This document shows, piece after piece, positions 14,580 through 27,718 of a stretch of 64,000 nucleotides of DNA. The notes beneath the pieces are model-generated. The model searched no databases. It was not told the DNA's origin and worked only from the letters and a program-made list of their open reading frames with translations. Both the position numbers and the translations under genes were made by a program. The stretch comes from Selaginella moellendorffii (Eukaryota; Plantae; Lycopodiophyta): contig NW_003314261.1 of NCBI RefSeq assembly GCF_000143415.4, forward strand, positions 1,688,117 to 1,752,116, written 5' to 3'. The stretch's first letter is position 1. Each line of letters opens with the position of its first letter.

Positions 14580-17500
14580 TGTGGTTTTGACCATTTATCC
14601 TATGGTGATTTACCATAGGATAACACCACGAAGTGGAACCTAAACCATCTTTGTGCCACATGACAGATGCCATGTGTCCATAGGAACCCGAGGTTTAGGG
14701 CCTTGGGCTGCTGAACGAAAAAACAGTGACAAACTCCCAAGCATGGAGCCAAGGAGTGACAGAACCGAACCATGGAGCAACTTCTGAGCATAAAGCCCAA
14801 GGAGCGAAGGGACAGGAGCCCGGAACGACTTGGAACAATCCTAGAGTAACTAGCATCCCAATGCTAGGACCAGCATGCAAAATGGAGCCAAATGGAGTCT
14901 GGTGCTATTTCAGCATACTGGTGGCCTAACGCGAGGATATGGGTACTCCACCAGCTAGCATGGAATGGAACTTGGGCTTAGACCTAAGCTGGACGCAGAA
15001 CAAAGACAGGCACACAAGCAGGAGCTAGACTATGCCTCAGGTTGGTCAGCTATGCCCAACCTACCCATTATTCCTACTATACATTTGGAATGGGTAGGAA
15101 TGTATAGTATTGGGGGAATACCCCACAGCCCCCCCTCCCTTGAGGAACACACACTTTGGGCTTTCACCCCAAGCCTCCCTTAATATCAGGAGTTAGTCTC
15201 TGGGACAAGCTCGAAACTTACTAAATATGGAATGTCTCTAGATTGTGAATTTGGGCACGGGACGAACACCATTGTGTTCAAGACAATCTCAACATTCCGT
15301 AGATATGCCAAATGAGCAAATCTGGATACTTTCCATAAATAGCATTTGGGACCGAAATGAGACTAACACAAAAGGCATGATAGTGAGGGTGTTTGGCAGA
15401 CACGATAAGCTATCATGTAGCGATATTGAGGGACTAGTCTCAATACGCAAGAGTTCTTGTCAAGCCAGTGCAAGATAGAGCAAAAGAGAACTAAAAAGCT
15501 AGGCCAAGTATGCTTGGTTGAATAGACATTTAGGAATTCCATCCTTATGCTCATTCGTCCAAGTACAGATGCAAAGTCTAGTTTACTAACACTTGAACAA
15601 AAGGGGCTGATAAAAGGAACTAGCAATACCGACCTCCTACCATCGTGGCAGTAAGGTAAGAGTGTCCGTAAGGACTAGCCGACAGATAACTTTCGATACC
15701 TGAAGTCACATTTGCGACACTCTCCCCCCTAGGGAAGATCGACGTCCTCATCGATGCATACTCAAGTCTAGAATACCACCAAGGAAACAACTCCAGAAAA
15801 AGTTCACGGTACTCACACTATGTGAGAAATGCACCAACTTAAATAAGTTAGGGGTAACCTCTTTGTCTAATGCAGATGTGCTACCCACTCAGACACCTTC
15901 CGGCCGTCGCTGACAAGGAAATGACTAATGGAGTCAGCCACCCTTGCTGCTCTGGGAGTCACCCAGCATAACAAGCACAAGAAGAATCATCAATGATCGA
16001 TATATTTCAACTAAAATCCTATAAGGATTCAAATATTCCAATATCGATCATTAACTCTCCCACTTGTAGAGTTAACATAGTCCATGACTAAATCACTTTT
16101 CAAGGAAAAGCTCAAAGCTCAACCCCTACTAAATAATCTTGTTTAGAACACAACTAATGCAAACTTGCCACTCAGTTCATTTGAACGTCAACATAGTTGC
16201 TAACTAGCAAATGTACGAATGCCAATAACACAAAGCCATAGCCAAATCATAAACACTATCTTCATTAAGACTAATGAAACTCAATATCAATCCTAAAAAG
16301 AGACATCTCATTTCACTTGAATCTTAACCTCAATAATGTCAACGACAAGGCATCACTTCAATGCCATCAACAACAAAATAAAGCTAGCAGAAAGCAAGAG
16401 TGAATCACCACTCAAAATTTTCTAGCAACCAAGCTAACCAAAGTCGGAGATACTTTACTCAGTATCCGAGACCAATCTCTCAACAATACTCAGTCACAAA
16501 TAACACTTCCTCAAGGAGTGAATCACCACATCCAAGACTTCATGAAATCCAACACCACGAACTAAATGCAACCAAATGATATCGACAGAGGTAGAGTCAA
16601 CATACCAACATGGACAAACTATGTAAGTCTAATGACACGATCCTCCACAACACCATCCGGTAAAGCAAACCCATCACTGCTAAATCATCATCGTGTGAAG
16701 CAAATATCAAAATCCTTTAACAAAGTCTACAAGTAATCATTAGTTGCCAAACAACTAACAACCACTTGTCAACTTGCCTTCACAAAACCCAAACACTAAA
16801 CTTGTGTCATCGAGTTATATACTTGGCCAACATGAACATAATACCCCAGGCATGAGATAAAGGTTCGTGGACAAGCACAAACTAAATGACCACTCGAATC
16901 CAACTCAACCGTAATAAGCTCACCAACACGTTTAGTCAATAGCTCCGAGCATGCCTTGAAGAGGCTAGGTACACATGATCAACACTAAGTCAAAACTCAA
17001 GTGAAGACCATGAGATGCACTCATATCGGTACACAACCTCCTTATAGACAAAGCTATAGTACAGGTACCAATATCTTAAACTCAAACAACTAAGTTGAAC
17101 ATCACCATCCTTAGCCAAGCCGCAGGGCCACCAAGACCAAGTCAAGATCAGTGAGAGCTCACTACTCTCATAGAGTCTAACAAAATGTAAAGTGCAACCT
17201 GCCACTAAACATAACGCTACAAAAGAAAGGCACAAGGGTCACCTTTCTAGAAAAGTGCAACGGCCACTTTTCTACACTAACTCCACACTCTATCCAACTC
17301 AATTACCTTAGCCCCAAAAGTTAGCATCCCTTTTGGGCTGCATCATACAAACTACCTACTAATATTTGTTAGATATTTGCAGCTGTTATGCTTTGCTGAT
17401 GTAAAACTCTCCAAGAAGAATAGTCTTTGCATATTGATGAAGTTTTTAGTGGCCACAAGTTTCTCCCTCATCTCTTCATATCCAAAATAAGCCTTCTTCA

Positions 17501-19298
17501 TTCGTTTTGCTACCTAAAATATCCATCCCTAACTCTAACCCTTTCACTAGTTTGTACTGGCTTACGAAAACGGAATGGTTTTCGAACAAAGTGATTAACA
17601 GATCAGCCATTGGATAACTCTAAAAAAATTTGTAGAAAATTTCCATCCTAGAGAAAAAATGACTCTCAGTCCAGGAATACAAACTTTCAAGACTCAACCA
17701 ACTTCCTCCTACTAACAACTTCACATAAGTTCACCTCAACACAAATTCTCATAACCCATAATATGCTTAAGCCTTGAACATCTTTTGCCCATACCTCCGA
17801 CATCCAAGTTTGACATCCACAAAAATGCAAAGTGAACATCCAAGGCTTGATCACAAAGACCACATCTTTAGATATCCACATTGCATTAACACTCTTTTTA
17901 ACCACCTTCAAGATCCAATGTGAAGCTAAAACACTAACAAGAAAAATGACATGGAAAATCAAGCTCCAAGGAAATTTCCTCATCACTTAAAATAACAATG
18001 CCCCTTCCACTAACACAAGTGCTAGTAATGTCAATGCCTCAACCTTACACCTTCTCTATCCAACAATTTACTCTAAGTGTCAACGGATCAACTAATGAGC
18101 TATAGAAAATGAATGCTCTAACCCTTTCCAACACCTTATGGGCAAACCCTGTAGCGCACGTGGTTTTGACCCTTTATCCTATGGTAATTTACCATAGGAT
18201 AACACCACGAAGCGGAACCTAAACCCTCTTTGTGCCACGTGACAGATGCCACGTGTCACATGCCACGTGTCCATGCCACACGTCCACAGGAACCCGAGGT
18301 TCAAGGCCTTGGACTGCTAAATGAAAGAATAGTGCTAAACTCCCAAGCATGGAGCCAAGGAGTGACGGAACCGAACCATGGAACAACTCCCGAGCATAAA
18401 GCCCAAGGAGCAAAGGGATAAGAGCCCGGAGCGACTTGGAACAGTCCTAGAGTAACTAGCATCCCAATGTCAGGACCAGCATGCAAAATGGAGCCAAACG
18501 GAGTCTGGCGTTATTTCGGCATACCGGTGGCCTAACACGAGGATATAGGTACTCCATCAGCTAGCATGGAATGGAACTTGGGCTTAGACCTAAGCTAGAC
18601 GCAGAACAAGGACAAGCGCGCAAGTGGGAGCTAAACTATGCCTCAGGTTGGTCGGCCATGCCCGACCTACCCACTATCCCTACTATGCATTTGGAACCCC
18701 CCATAGCCCCCCCCCCCCTTGAGGAACACACGCTTTGGGCTTTCACCCCAAGCCTCCCTTAGTATCAGGAGTGAGTCTCTGGGACAAGCTCGAAACTTAC
18801 TAAATATGGAATGTCCCTAGATTGCGAATTTGGACAGGGGACGAACACCATTGTGTTCAGAATGATCTCTACATTCCGTATATATGCCAAATGAGCAAAT
18901 CTGAACACTTTCCATAAATAGCATTTGGGACCGAAATGAGACTAACACAAAGGGCATGATAGCAAGGGTGTTTGGCAGACACAGTAAGCTATCATGTAGC
19001 GATATTAAGGGACTAGTCTCAATATGCGAGGGTTCTTGTCAAGCCAGTGCAAGATAGAGCAAAAGAGAACTAAAAAGCTAGGCCAAGTATGCTTGGTTGA
19101 ATAGACATTTAAGAATTCCGTCCTTATGCTCATTCGGCCAAGTACAGATGCAAAGTCTAGTTTACTAACACTTGAACAAGAGGGGCTGATAAAGGGAACC
19201 AGCAATACCGACCTCCTACCATCGTGGCAGTAAGGTAAGAGTGTCTGTAAGGATTGGCCGACAGGTAACTTTCGATACCTGAAGTCACATTTGCGACA
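14580..19298 (-). mobile_element. Younger family-A non-autonomous LTR element nested between RNase H and integrase of element B
   Basis: LTRs 14580-15719 and 18150-19298. TSD ACGAT/ACAAT (4 of 5 match). Polypurine tract on the minus strand at 15720-15731. ~2.4 kb internal region with no recognisable pol ORF. Confidence 0.9.
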
Positions 19299-20560
19299 AC
19301 AATACAGTACAAGAAATCTTTCATAATTTAACTACTACAAAACTTCCCACATCATGTACCACGCAAGATCAGAAGAAACAATTTGTCTTGAGGACACGAC
19401 GATACTCAGTCGTCAGAGGAAGACTCTATAGAATTGGACGTGATAATATATTAAGAAGATATGTACATTCACAAGAAGAGATACACGAGTTACTAAAAGA
19501 GGCTCATGCTGGTTGCTTTAGAGGGCATTTTGCAGAAGAAATTACAGCAAGGAAAATATTGCAAATAGACCTATGGTGGCCTACATTATGGAAAAACACT
19601 TCACAGTTTTGTCAAACTTGTGATAATTGTCAGTGTACACAATTTCCACCCAAGAAATAAACACAAGAATTGAATCCGACTATAGCAATGGAACCTTTCC
19701 AAAGATGGGGCCTAGATTTTGTAGAACCCATACAAAAGAGCAGAAATGGAAATCAATATATTTTTGTGGCAACAGATTATATGACAAAATGGGCAGAAGC
19801 TCAACCACTCAAGAAAGCGACAGCAAAGAATACAACAAAGTTTCTTTATGAAACAATTATCACAAGATATGGATTACCTCAAGAAATAGTAACAGATAGA
19901 GGACATATTTCTTCAATGAAACAATCAAGATTTTACTAAATGAATTCTTCATCAAATATAAGAAATCTACACTATATTATCCACAAGGCAATGGCCAAGC
20001 CGAATCCACAAACAAAACACTCAAGAATATACTGAACAAAATAGTGCAAACCAATCTTAAAGATTGGGATAATAGAGTTTATGATGCTCTTTGGGCTATA
20101 GAACAGCATATAAAGTTTCAGCAAATTCAACTCCATTCAAATTAGCTTATGGATTTGAAGCTTTGACACCATTAGAATATACTATACCATCCTTGAGAAT
20201 GGCAATTCAGTTGCAAATTAATCAAGAAGAATCGATCTAGAAAAAATTGGCTATGCTAGAAAAGTTAGATGAAGAAAGATTATATGCTTTATGGACAATT
20301 GAAGCCATACAAGCAAGGAGAAAAGCTTATCATGATAGAAAATAGACTAAAAAGAAAATTGATAGATTTGAAGTTGGAAATTTTGTTCTATGGTATAGAG
20401 GAAATGTTGATAAAATCGGAGCCAAATTGGTACATCAATGGGAAAGACCATTCAAGATCACAAATATGCAAACACCTGGCACAACTCAATTAGTGACACT
20501 CGATGATGAAGAAATTCAAATAGTTAATCTCAACAAATTGAGAAAATATCAAGAACCAAG
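19299..20560 (+). pseudogene. Integrase of element B
   Basis: H..GHF...WWP...CDNCQ zinc-binding region; WGLDF, TDYMTKWAEA, IVTDRG, YYPQGNGQAES; frameshifted. Confidence 0.92.
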
Positions 20561-21047
20561 TATAGCGTATATGCAAGCCAAGCACACCATGCTGGAATTG
20601 ACTACCAATGAAACCAAAACAACTCACGTTGTCCACAAAACAAGTCCACAACAATTACAAACAACTCTACTCAAGCAAAGACTTAGTAAAAATGCAAGAA
20701 CATCATATGAACGAAACAATAAAATAGAGTTAACCCTAACCCTGACGGCGAGGAAGCGTGTGCTGGAACAGCACAAGGGTAAGCTTGAGTGGCAAGCAAA
20801 TCTTGAGGTCACAAGTGCACTAGAGAGTGGTCGTCAGCTAGGCACCCTCACCCATCCCAAACGAGTGCATCAGATTCTAAAAAACACACCAATCGAGAGA
20901 AACAAGAAGAAAGCAAGTAAAAAAGAGAGTGCCCACAAAAGAAGCAAGAAGAGTGTGTTCATGAGTATAGAAAGAGCACTCATATCTTTTCTTCTATTTG
21001 CATCACAGGTACAAGAGCACTCTCAACAGCGCCAAAGAGTCGACACA

Positions 21048-22890
21048 ATGTGAACCAAGCAAACTCCCAAGACAGATACTATCATCCTCTCACAAAATCT
21101 CGAGTGGCAATTTAATGCCGATGTCAAGTGTTGGACTCACACTCATGGCCTCTTCAACTTTGCAGAATGAATAGCGGGATATCTCATAAATCAAGTGAGC
21201 AACAAGAAGGCTCACTTGATGGATCTCGCCACAGGCCAGGTTGAACTTGAAGATTCGGAGGTGGCAGCAGCTCTATGTCTCCCAGATGAAGGCAAGCCAG
21301 TCTCTGCTCCACACACACGGGCTTTAAGTCATGACATCATGAAAGATCCCGAGAGCTACAATTCGGCACTTCGTTTGCAATTCTCCAATGTCAAGGATGA
21401 GCTTTACAAAATCTTCAAGTTCCTTGTTCTCAACTTGAAATTTCGGAAGACTGCCACGACAGTGAGTAGATCAGTGACCTTCATCTACGAGGATCTTCAA
21501 GCTGGGAAGAAAGTGGATTTAGCAAGATATGTGATCCCAAAGTTTCGTAGGGAACTCAAGAATGTGACAGCAGATCCCAACACAAGGAGATGTGTGAAGA
21601 CACTGATACTACCATATGTCTGAGCTATCATCATGCACAGAAGTCAAGCCATGGTGATCTACAGTCCACCACCACTGCCTCTGCAGCACGCAGCCACAAA
21701 AAGTTCAAAGCGCCAAGCTGAAGAACACTTGATGAACACTAAGAAGAAAAAGGTCCAGCAAAAGACAGCAACAACTCCACGAAGAAAGACACGGGGACAA
21801 GGCTGAAGAAAGTTGCGCCTCCATAGATTGATAGTGACGACAGTGATGTGCAAACAATCTAGCACGAAGTGCCGAAACGACAACAACCAACGAGAACCTC
21901 TAGCTCCAAAACAAAATGGCAGTAGAGTTTGGCACCTACACAGCCATCAACAAAGAGCTTGCAGCCTCCTAGCACACCGCAACCAGATTTGCCACCATCA
22001 CCACCGCAGGAACCAGCACCATCTCTGTCTCTAGGTACAACAATTCTAGTGGACGATCACATTTCGCTGATGCAGGATATTCTTGAAAATCCTGAGACAG
22101 TTACAAATCCACCATCCATTGAGCAGGATCACAACACTTTTTATGAACCACCCACACAGCAGGAGCAGACCACCAAGCAACACCAGCCTCAGTAGCAGCT
22201 TCTACCATTGCAGCCCGTCAAACAACACCAACATTCGCTGCCACAGCCTACTGAGCAGCTGTCTCCACCACACCAGCGTGCTGAGGAGCAGCCATCTTTG
22301 CTGCAGCAGCCAACTGAGCTACAGCAGCCAGCTGAACCGCACCAGACATTTGCTCCAGCCACCACTGCCAACAACATGCAGCTGCCTCATTCAACAATGC
22401 AATGCCAATTTCATCACAAGCGCATGAATAACAAGCGCCAGCACTACAATCTAGAGTGGCAGGAGCATCATCATCAGGAGCAGTAGCAACTGAAAGTGAT
22501 CCGTCCCATGCCTACAAACTTCTTGGAGTAGTACCATAACTCCAACATAGCGGTGTACACGCGAGATGGCATGGAGAGCTTCTTTCGCAATGTTTTTGCA
22601 CACAAGGAGAAAATGGTGAGCATGGCTCAAGAACTTGATCAAGTAAAAGGAATCCTTCGCACTATACAGGCTCATGGACTCTTGACACCAAACACCTACC
22701 GAGAATCTTTCGAGTTCGTACAGTAGTACCAACTCGAGAATGCTCGCCTCACCAAAGAGAACATGGAGCTCAAGGGCCGACTACAAGTGCTCGAGACTGC
22801 CATAAAGAACTACACTCGCAACGAGCTTGAGGATTACGAGGAAGAACCAAAGGCTAACACCACAACTGCTACTACCACCACAATGGAAGC
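21048..22890 (+). pseudogene. Extra 3' ORF of element B (globular N-terminus, Pro/Gln-rich linker, coiled-coil-like C-terminus)
   Basis: ORFs 21195-21623, 21929-22195 and 22208-22486, plus stop-interrupted flanks, lie between integrase and the 3' LTR. Confidence 0.6.
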
Positions 22891-25082
22891 TTGAGCTGCA
22901 GGAGTTGCTCAACTCTAGCCATCGGAGAGTAGAAAGGTACATGCATTTTTGCATCGTGATTTTCACACAAAGGCATTTCTTGAGTTAGGAATTGAGATTA
23001 GGATTTCTCCCAGTCTAAATTCCTGACTTGGATGACTGGGCATGTAGTGGTTATATAGGCTAGTGATAGCATGCCAGACTGATCCCCCTTTCTGTCTTTT
23101 TATATCTTTGGCCATAATAACATACACTCCACTTGCTCAACATTTACTCTTCTCTTCCATGTCTATCTTACTCACTGCCTTCTAGGGATCAAGGCTGTGA
23201 GATGTGCATCAATCTCAACATCAACATCTTTGCAATAGCACATGGCTAAGTATGTTTTTTCCTTTTTATGTTTGGATTTAGTTTAGATTAGAGAGGATTC
23301 ACAAGATCATTGTAGAGGTGATTTTGTAGTTCTCCAAAGCACAAACTAGATGACCACTCAAATCCAACTCAATCGAAATAAACTCATTAATGCATTTAGT
23401 TAATACCTCTGAGCATGTGTGATCAACACTCAGTCGAAACTAAAATGAAGACCATAAGATGGATTCATATTGGTACACAACCCCTTCATAGACAAAACTA
23501 TAATAGGGGTATTAACACCTCAACCTTAAACAACTAAATTAGATATCACTATCCTTAGCTAAGGTGCAAGGCTACCAAGACCAACTCATGATTAATGAGA
23601 GCTCAATACTCTCATAAAGTCTAATAAAATGCAAAGTGCAACCTACCATTTAACATAACACTATAAAAGAAAGGTACAAGAGTCACTTTTCTAGAAAAGT
23701 GCAACAACCACTTTTATACACTAACTCCAAACTCTATCCAACTCAATTGCCTTATCCCCAAAAGTTAGTATCCCTTTCAGATTGCATCATACAAACTATA
23801 TACTAAGGTCTAAGCTAATTGAAGTCAATTCCAACCCCTTCACTAGTTTATACTAACTGATGAAAATGGAATGGTTTTTGAGTAAAATGATGAATAGATT
23901 AACCATTGAAAAAGTCTAAGAAAATTTATAAAAATTTCCCATCCTAGAGAAAGAATGACCCTCGGTCTAGAATTACAAACTTTCAAGATTCAACCAAATT
24001 CCTCCTACCTACAATTTCATATAGGTTCACATTAACACAAATTTTCATGACCTAATAATATGTATATCATGGCTATATTTTTTACATCCAACACCAACAT
24101 TTGCAAAATGCAAATAAATACCTAAGACTCAATCACGAAGACCATATCTTTAGATATTCACATTGCACTAACACTCTTCTTCAATCACCTTCAAAATCCA
24201 GTATAAAGCTAAAACACTAATAACAAAAATGATATGGAAAATCAAGCTTTAAGGAAAATTCCTCATCACTTGAAATAACAATGCCATTTCCACTAAAATA
24301 AGTGCTAGCAGTATTAATGCCTCAACTACACACCTTCTCCATCCAACAATCTACTCCAAGTGCTAATAAATAAATCAACAAACTATAACAAATGAATGTT
24401 ATAACCCTTTTCCAACACTTTAATAAGAAAACTAAGGTATCAACTCAAACTTAGCATAATGGACCATCATTGAGAATCTAATCAAGATTATTACAATGCT
24501 ATTACATGTAAGTAGAACTAGCTTCAGTATTAACCACTTTGGGGTTGATTATCTTTCAACCAAGCAACTTCATAAACACATTGTTCACTATCACATGGAT
24601 ATGATATAAAAATCATAATGACCTAATCATCAATTAAGTAACACCATGAATAAACCCACATTACTATTTCAAAAGTTTACGTGAGTATTAAATGTCTACT
24701 CTATTCAACAAAATGCAACATAAATGCTACACAAAACTGATAAAGATTTATAATATCGAATACCACCAACTTTATTCATAACATAGACAAGCTCATGCCA
24801 CTCTCTTTCTGATCAAACTTAAAACCAATCAACCACCAAACTACTAGCTATATAGCTGTGGTGAGAAAAATCCACTCCAACTGCTCAGAATGATATAAGA
24901 CCACCATGAATCCTTGCTTGTACTCAAAATAAATGAGCACTGGCAGACAATCGCTCCAAAGTCTTGAAATCTTCATTAAATCAGACATCCCTAGAAAATA
25001 ATTGAGCATTATAACCCAAGTTACACAACCCAACGCTAGAACTAACATACAAAATGGAGCTAAATAGAGTTTGACGCTATTT

Positions 25083-25358
25083 CAGTATATTGGTGGCCTA
25101 ATGCAAGGATATACGTACTCCACCAGTTATAATGTGGAACTTGGGTTTAGACCCAAGTCGGACGTAAAACAAGATCAGTATATTGGTGGCCTAATGCAAG
25201 GATATATGTACTCCACCAGTTATAGTGTGGAACTTGGGTTTAGACCCAAGTCGGATGTAAAACAAGATCAGTATATTGGTGGCCTAATGCAAGGATATAC
25301 ATACTCCACCAGTTATAGTGTGGAACTTGTGTTTAGACCCAAGTCGGACGTAAAACAA
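25083..25358. repeat. Three tandem copies of a 90-bp LTR segment
   Basis: cagtatattggtggcctaatgcaaggatat...aaacaaga repeated three times. Confidence 0.92.
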
Positions 25359-25480
25359 GAATAGGTACACAATGAGAGCTAGATTATGTCTCAAGTTGGT
25401 TAGCCATGCCTGACCTACCCCCTATAACCCCCCACCCCCCACCCCCCCCTGCCCCTTCACACCTAGCCATCCTTAGTACT

Positions 25481-25830
25481 ACTGCCACAGCAAAAGCACT
25501 CTTGGATTCAAGATTAGGGAGAAATGTCATCTCCTTGGCATTGGCAAAATTTGTTGGGTTCCAGATCCAAGACAACACCACCATCATCCTCAAAACTTTT
25601 GCAAATTATACCATGATCCCCACGGGCATATGCCACCAAGTGCCAATATCAGTCCAAAGGATCTCATTGTTGGTGGATTTTGTGGTGGACTTCCAGTATG
25701 TGAAATCCCACTCCCTCATCAATCTTATTATCTTGGGATGCACATGGCACCTTCGAGACGTACTGGAAGGAGGGAATGATGCAAATCAATTATCATATCA
25801 AGACTGCCAAACTATACAATATTCATAGCT
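25481..25830 (+). pseudogene. Degenerate retroelement aspartic protease fragment
   Basis: KALLDSRLGRNVIS ... VDFVV ... IILGCTW, a retropepsin-like pattern. Confidence 0.65.
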
Positions 25831-27718
25831 ACTCCTTGCACAAGACAACTCCTACTCCTACTTCTTCCAAGACTCCAACATATCTAGCGTTTTCCATCTA
25901 AGTTTGTGGTTGTCTTCCTGAGCTCCTTGATGATCCATCACTACCAAAAGTGGGGGTATATAGCATTAGCACCATCTATGAGATTTCTATATCAACTGCA
26001 AGCCAGTTAGTACCAAAATGCATAGATTACAGCAACTCCACCTTTCCTACAAGACCCATCCAAGCTCAACGTGGCTTACCTCCTCAACCCTTCACATCAT
26101 CACAGGGTTTGGAAGTGCTAGGTTTGGCCTCTTTACTTGAGGACCACATCCCTACAGCTCACTGGGATATCCTCTATTTTTAGGACTTGAGGTTTTAACA
26201 ATGGCTCTTTCCTGTGAAGAACATAGATTTGCTCACTCATGCCATGATGAATATGATGACACTTCTAGCAGTGCAGCAGTTGTGGCCATGACTTTTAGTG
26301 ATCATGAGACTCTGGGAAACTCATAGAAATCAGCATCCACACTCATGGCATAATCTCCTCCAGCCGAACTGCTTGAACAACTTGGATCTTACAAGTTCTA
26401 GAATGTGGCATTTTCCCTTGTTGAGGAGATTTTAACTTCTCAAAGTCCTTTATTTGGACCTCATATCCATCATGCTATTTGCTCTTGTCTACTAACTTTA
26501 CCTTCCCAAAACACACTCACAGATCCATATAATTTATCATGGATCGCTACAAGCTCGATAAACAACACTCTTGCAACTGCTTAGTCCACTATCTCACCAT
26601 GCTTGGGTCACCCCCAAAGTTCCAAAGAAGAAAGTGAAGTGGAGTGAATGCATTGCACAATATGGGTATGTGTGGAAAGAGATGAAAATTATGGCCCAAA
26701 AGGTGATGGATGGATGAAATAGAGACTGTGTTATGGTAATTGATGGAGAAGAGGACCATGTGTGATGTGATGTAATAAGACTGGAAATAGCAATTGATAT
26801 GCCATCAAGATGTAATGTAGAGTATGTGTAACCTAGGATGAAGTGGCTTCTATGGCTAAATGTAGCTGGAAGTACGTGGAGTGAGGAGATTTGTCTACTC
26901 CACTAATGAGTGTCTGGATGCCTATTCTATACAAGCCCAACCGACTGAAGAAAAGAGCTGGAATATCCCTAAATTTGCCACAAGTCTCATGCTGTGATGG
27001 TTTGAGTTATATATTTTTTCTCCGTCGTCCAAAAAATTTGATAGATTGGGTATTTGTGATGATAGAATGCAATGATGCTAAAAGTGAATAGAGTGATAGT
27101 TTGTCAATATAAGTGGATGGAAATGAAGAGGAGGATATGTTCCTAAAAGTGATAGAGACAAGAACTTGAGAACCAAGAGGAAAGACCGGAAGATGAATGA
27201 GCTTCTAGACAAGTTAAGGCCACCTTGAGATTGGAATCCAAGCTTGAGCTTGTGTTAGCAAAAAGATATAGCTTGGAAAGTCATGAGAAACAAGTGAAAA
27301 TAAAGAAGAAAAGAAAAGAAAACTAAAAACCCAAAGAGAGAAGAGAATTCATTGCTAGTGAAGAAGGTGGTGAGTCAAGCTTTACTCGAGTGTTGTTGTG
27401 AAAAAGATTGACTCTGGAGGGCAAAGGGAGTCTTGGAGAAAGCCTTGGATTCCATGGAAAGTCAAGTTAAAGTCAAGCATGCTGATCCAAAGCTTGTGGT
27501 ATTGAGAGAATTCAAGACTATAAGAGATGTTGATATGAGATTTAGAGCATGATGTCTGGTTGTGTTGGCTTCTCTTGGTTGGGAAATGTTGATGTTGTTG
27601 AAGAGGAGAAGGTCCCCTTGAGTGCTTGTAGAAGTCTGGTGGGCAAACAAAGCATTGATACTTGGGAAAGCTATGTGATTGTGCAATGCCATGTTGAAGC
27701 AATTGATTAGTGACTCTA

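Larger units (their letters stand above)
7494..23336 (+). mobile_element. Full-length non-chromoviral Ty3/Gypsy retrotransposon (element B; Athila/Tat/Ogre-like) with extra ORFs
   Basis: LTRs 7494-7899 and 22930-23336 (~406 bp, end ...tagttctcca). Perfect TSD AAGCA (7489-7493 / 23337-23341). PBS TGGCGACC at 7903. Domain order gag-PR-RT-RH-IN. Confidence 0.95.
5103..25480 (-). mobile_element. Old non-coding family-A LTR element (partial LTRs 5103-5637 and ~25036-25480), interrupted by Gypsy element B
   Basis: LTR terminus tgtagcgcac at 5103. Internal sequence ~6600-7493 and 23342-24420 is homologous to the 16000-18140 internal region of the younger copy and is continuous across the AAGCA TSD. 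Confidence 0.75.

Noticed and set aside
25071-25364. Repeat-containing ORF or CRISPR-like array
   Set aside because: Simple 90-bp triplication of LTR sequence with no unique spacers. The same applies to 36418-36558.
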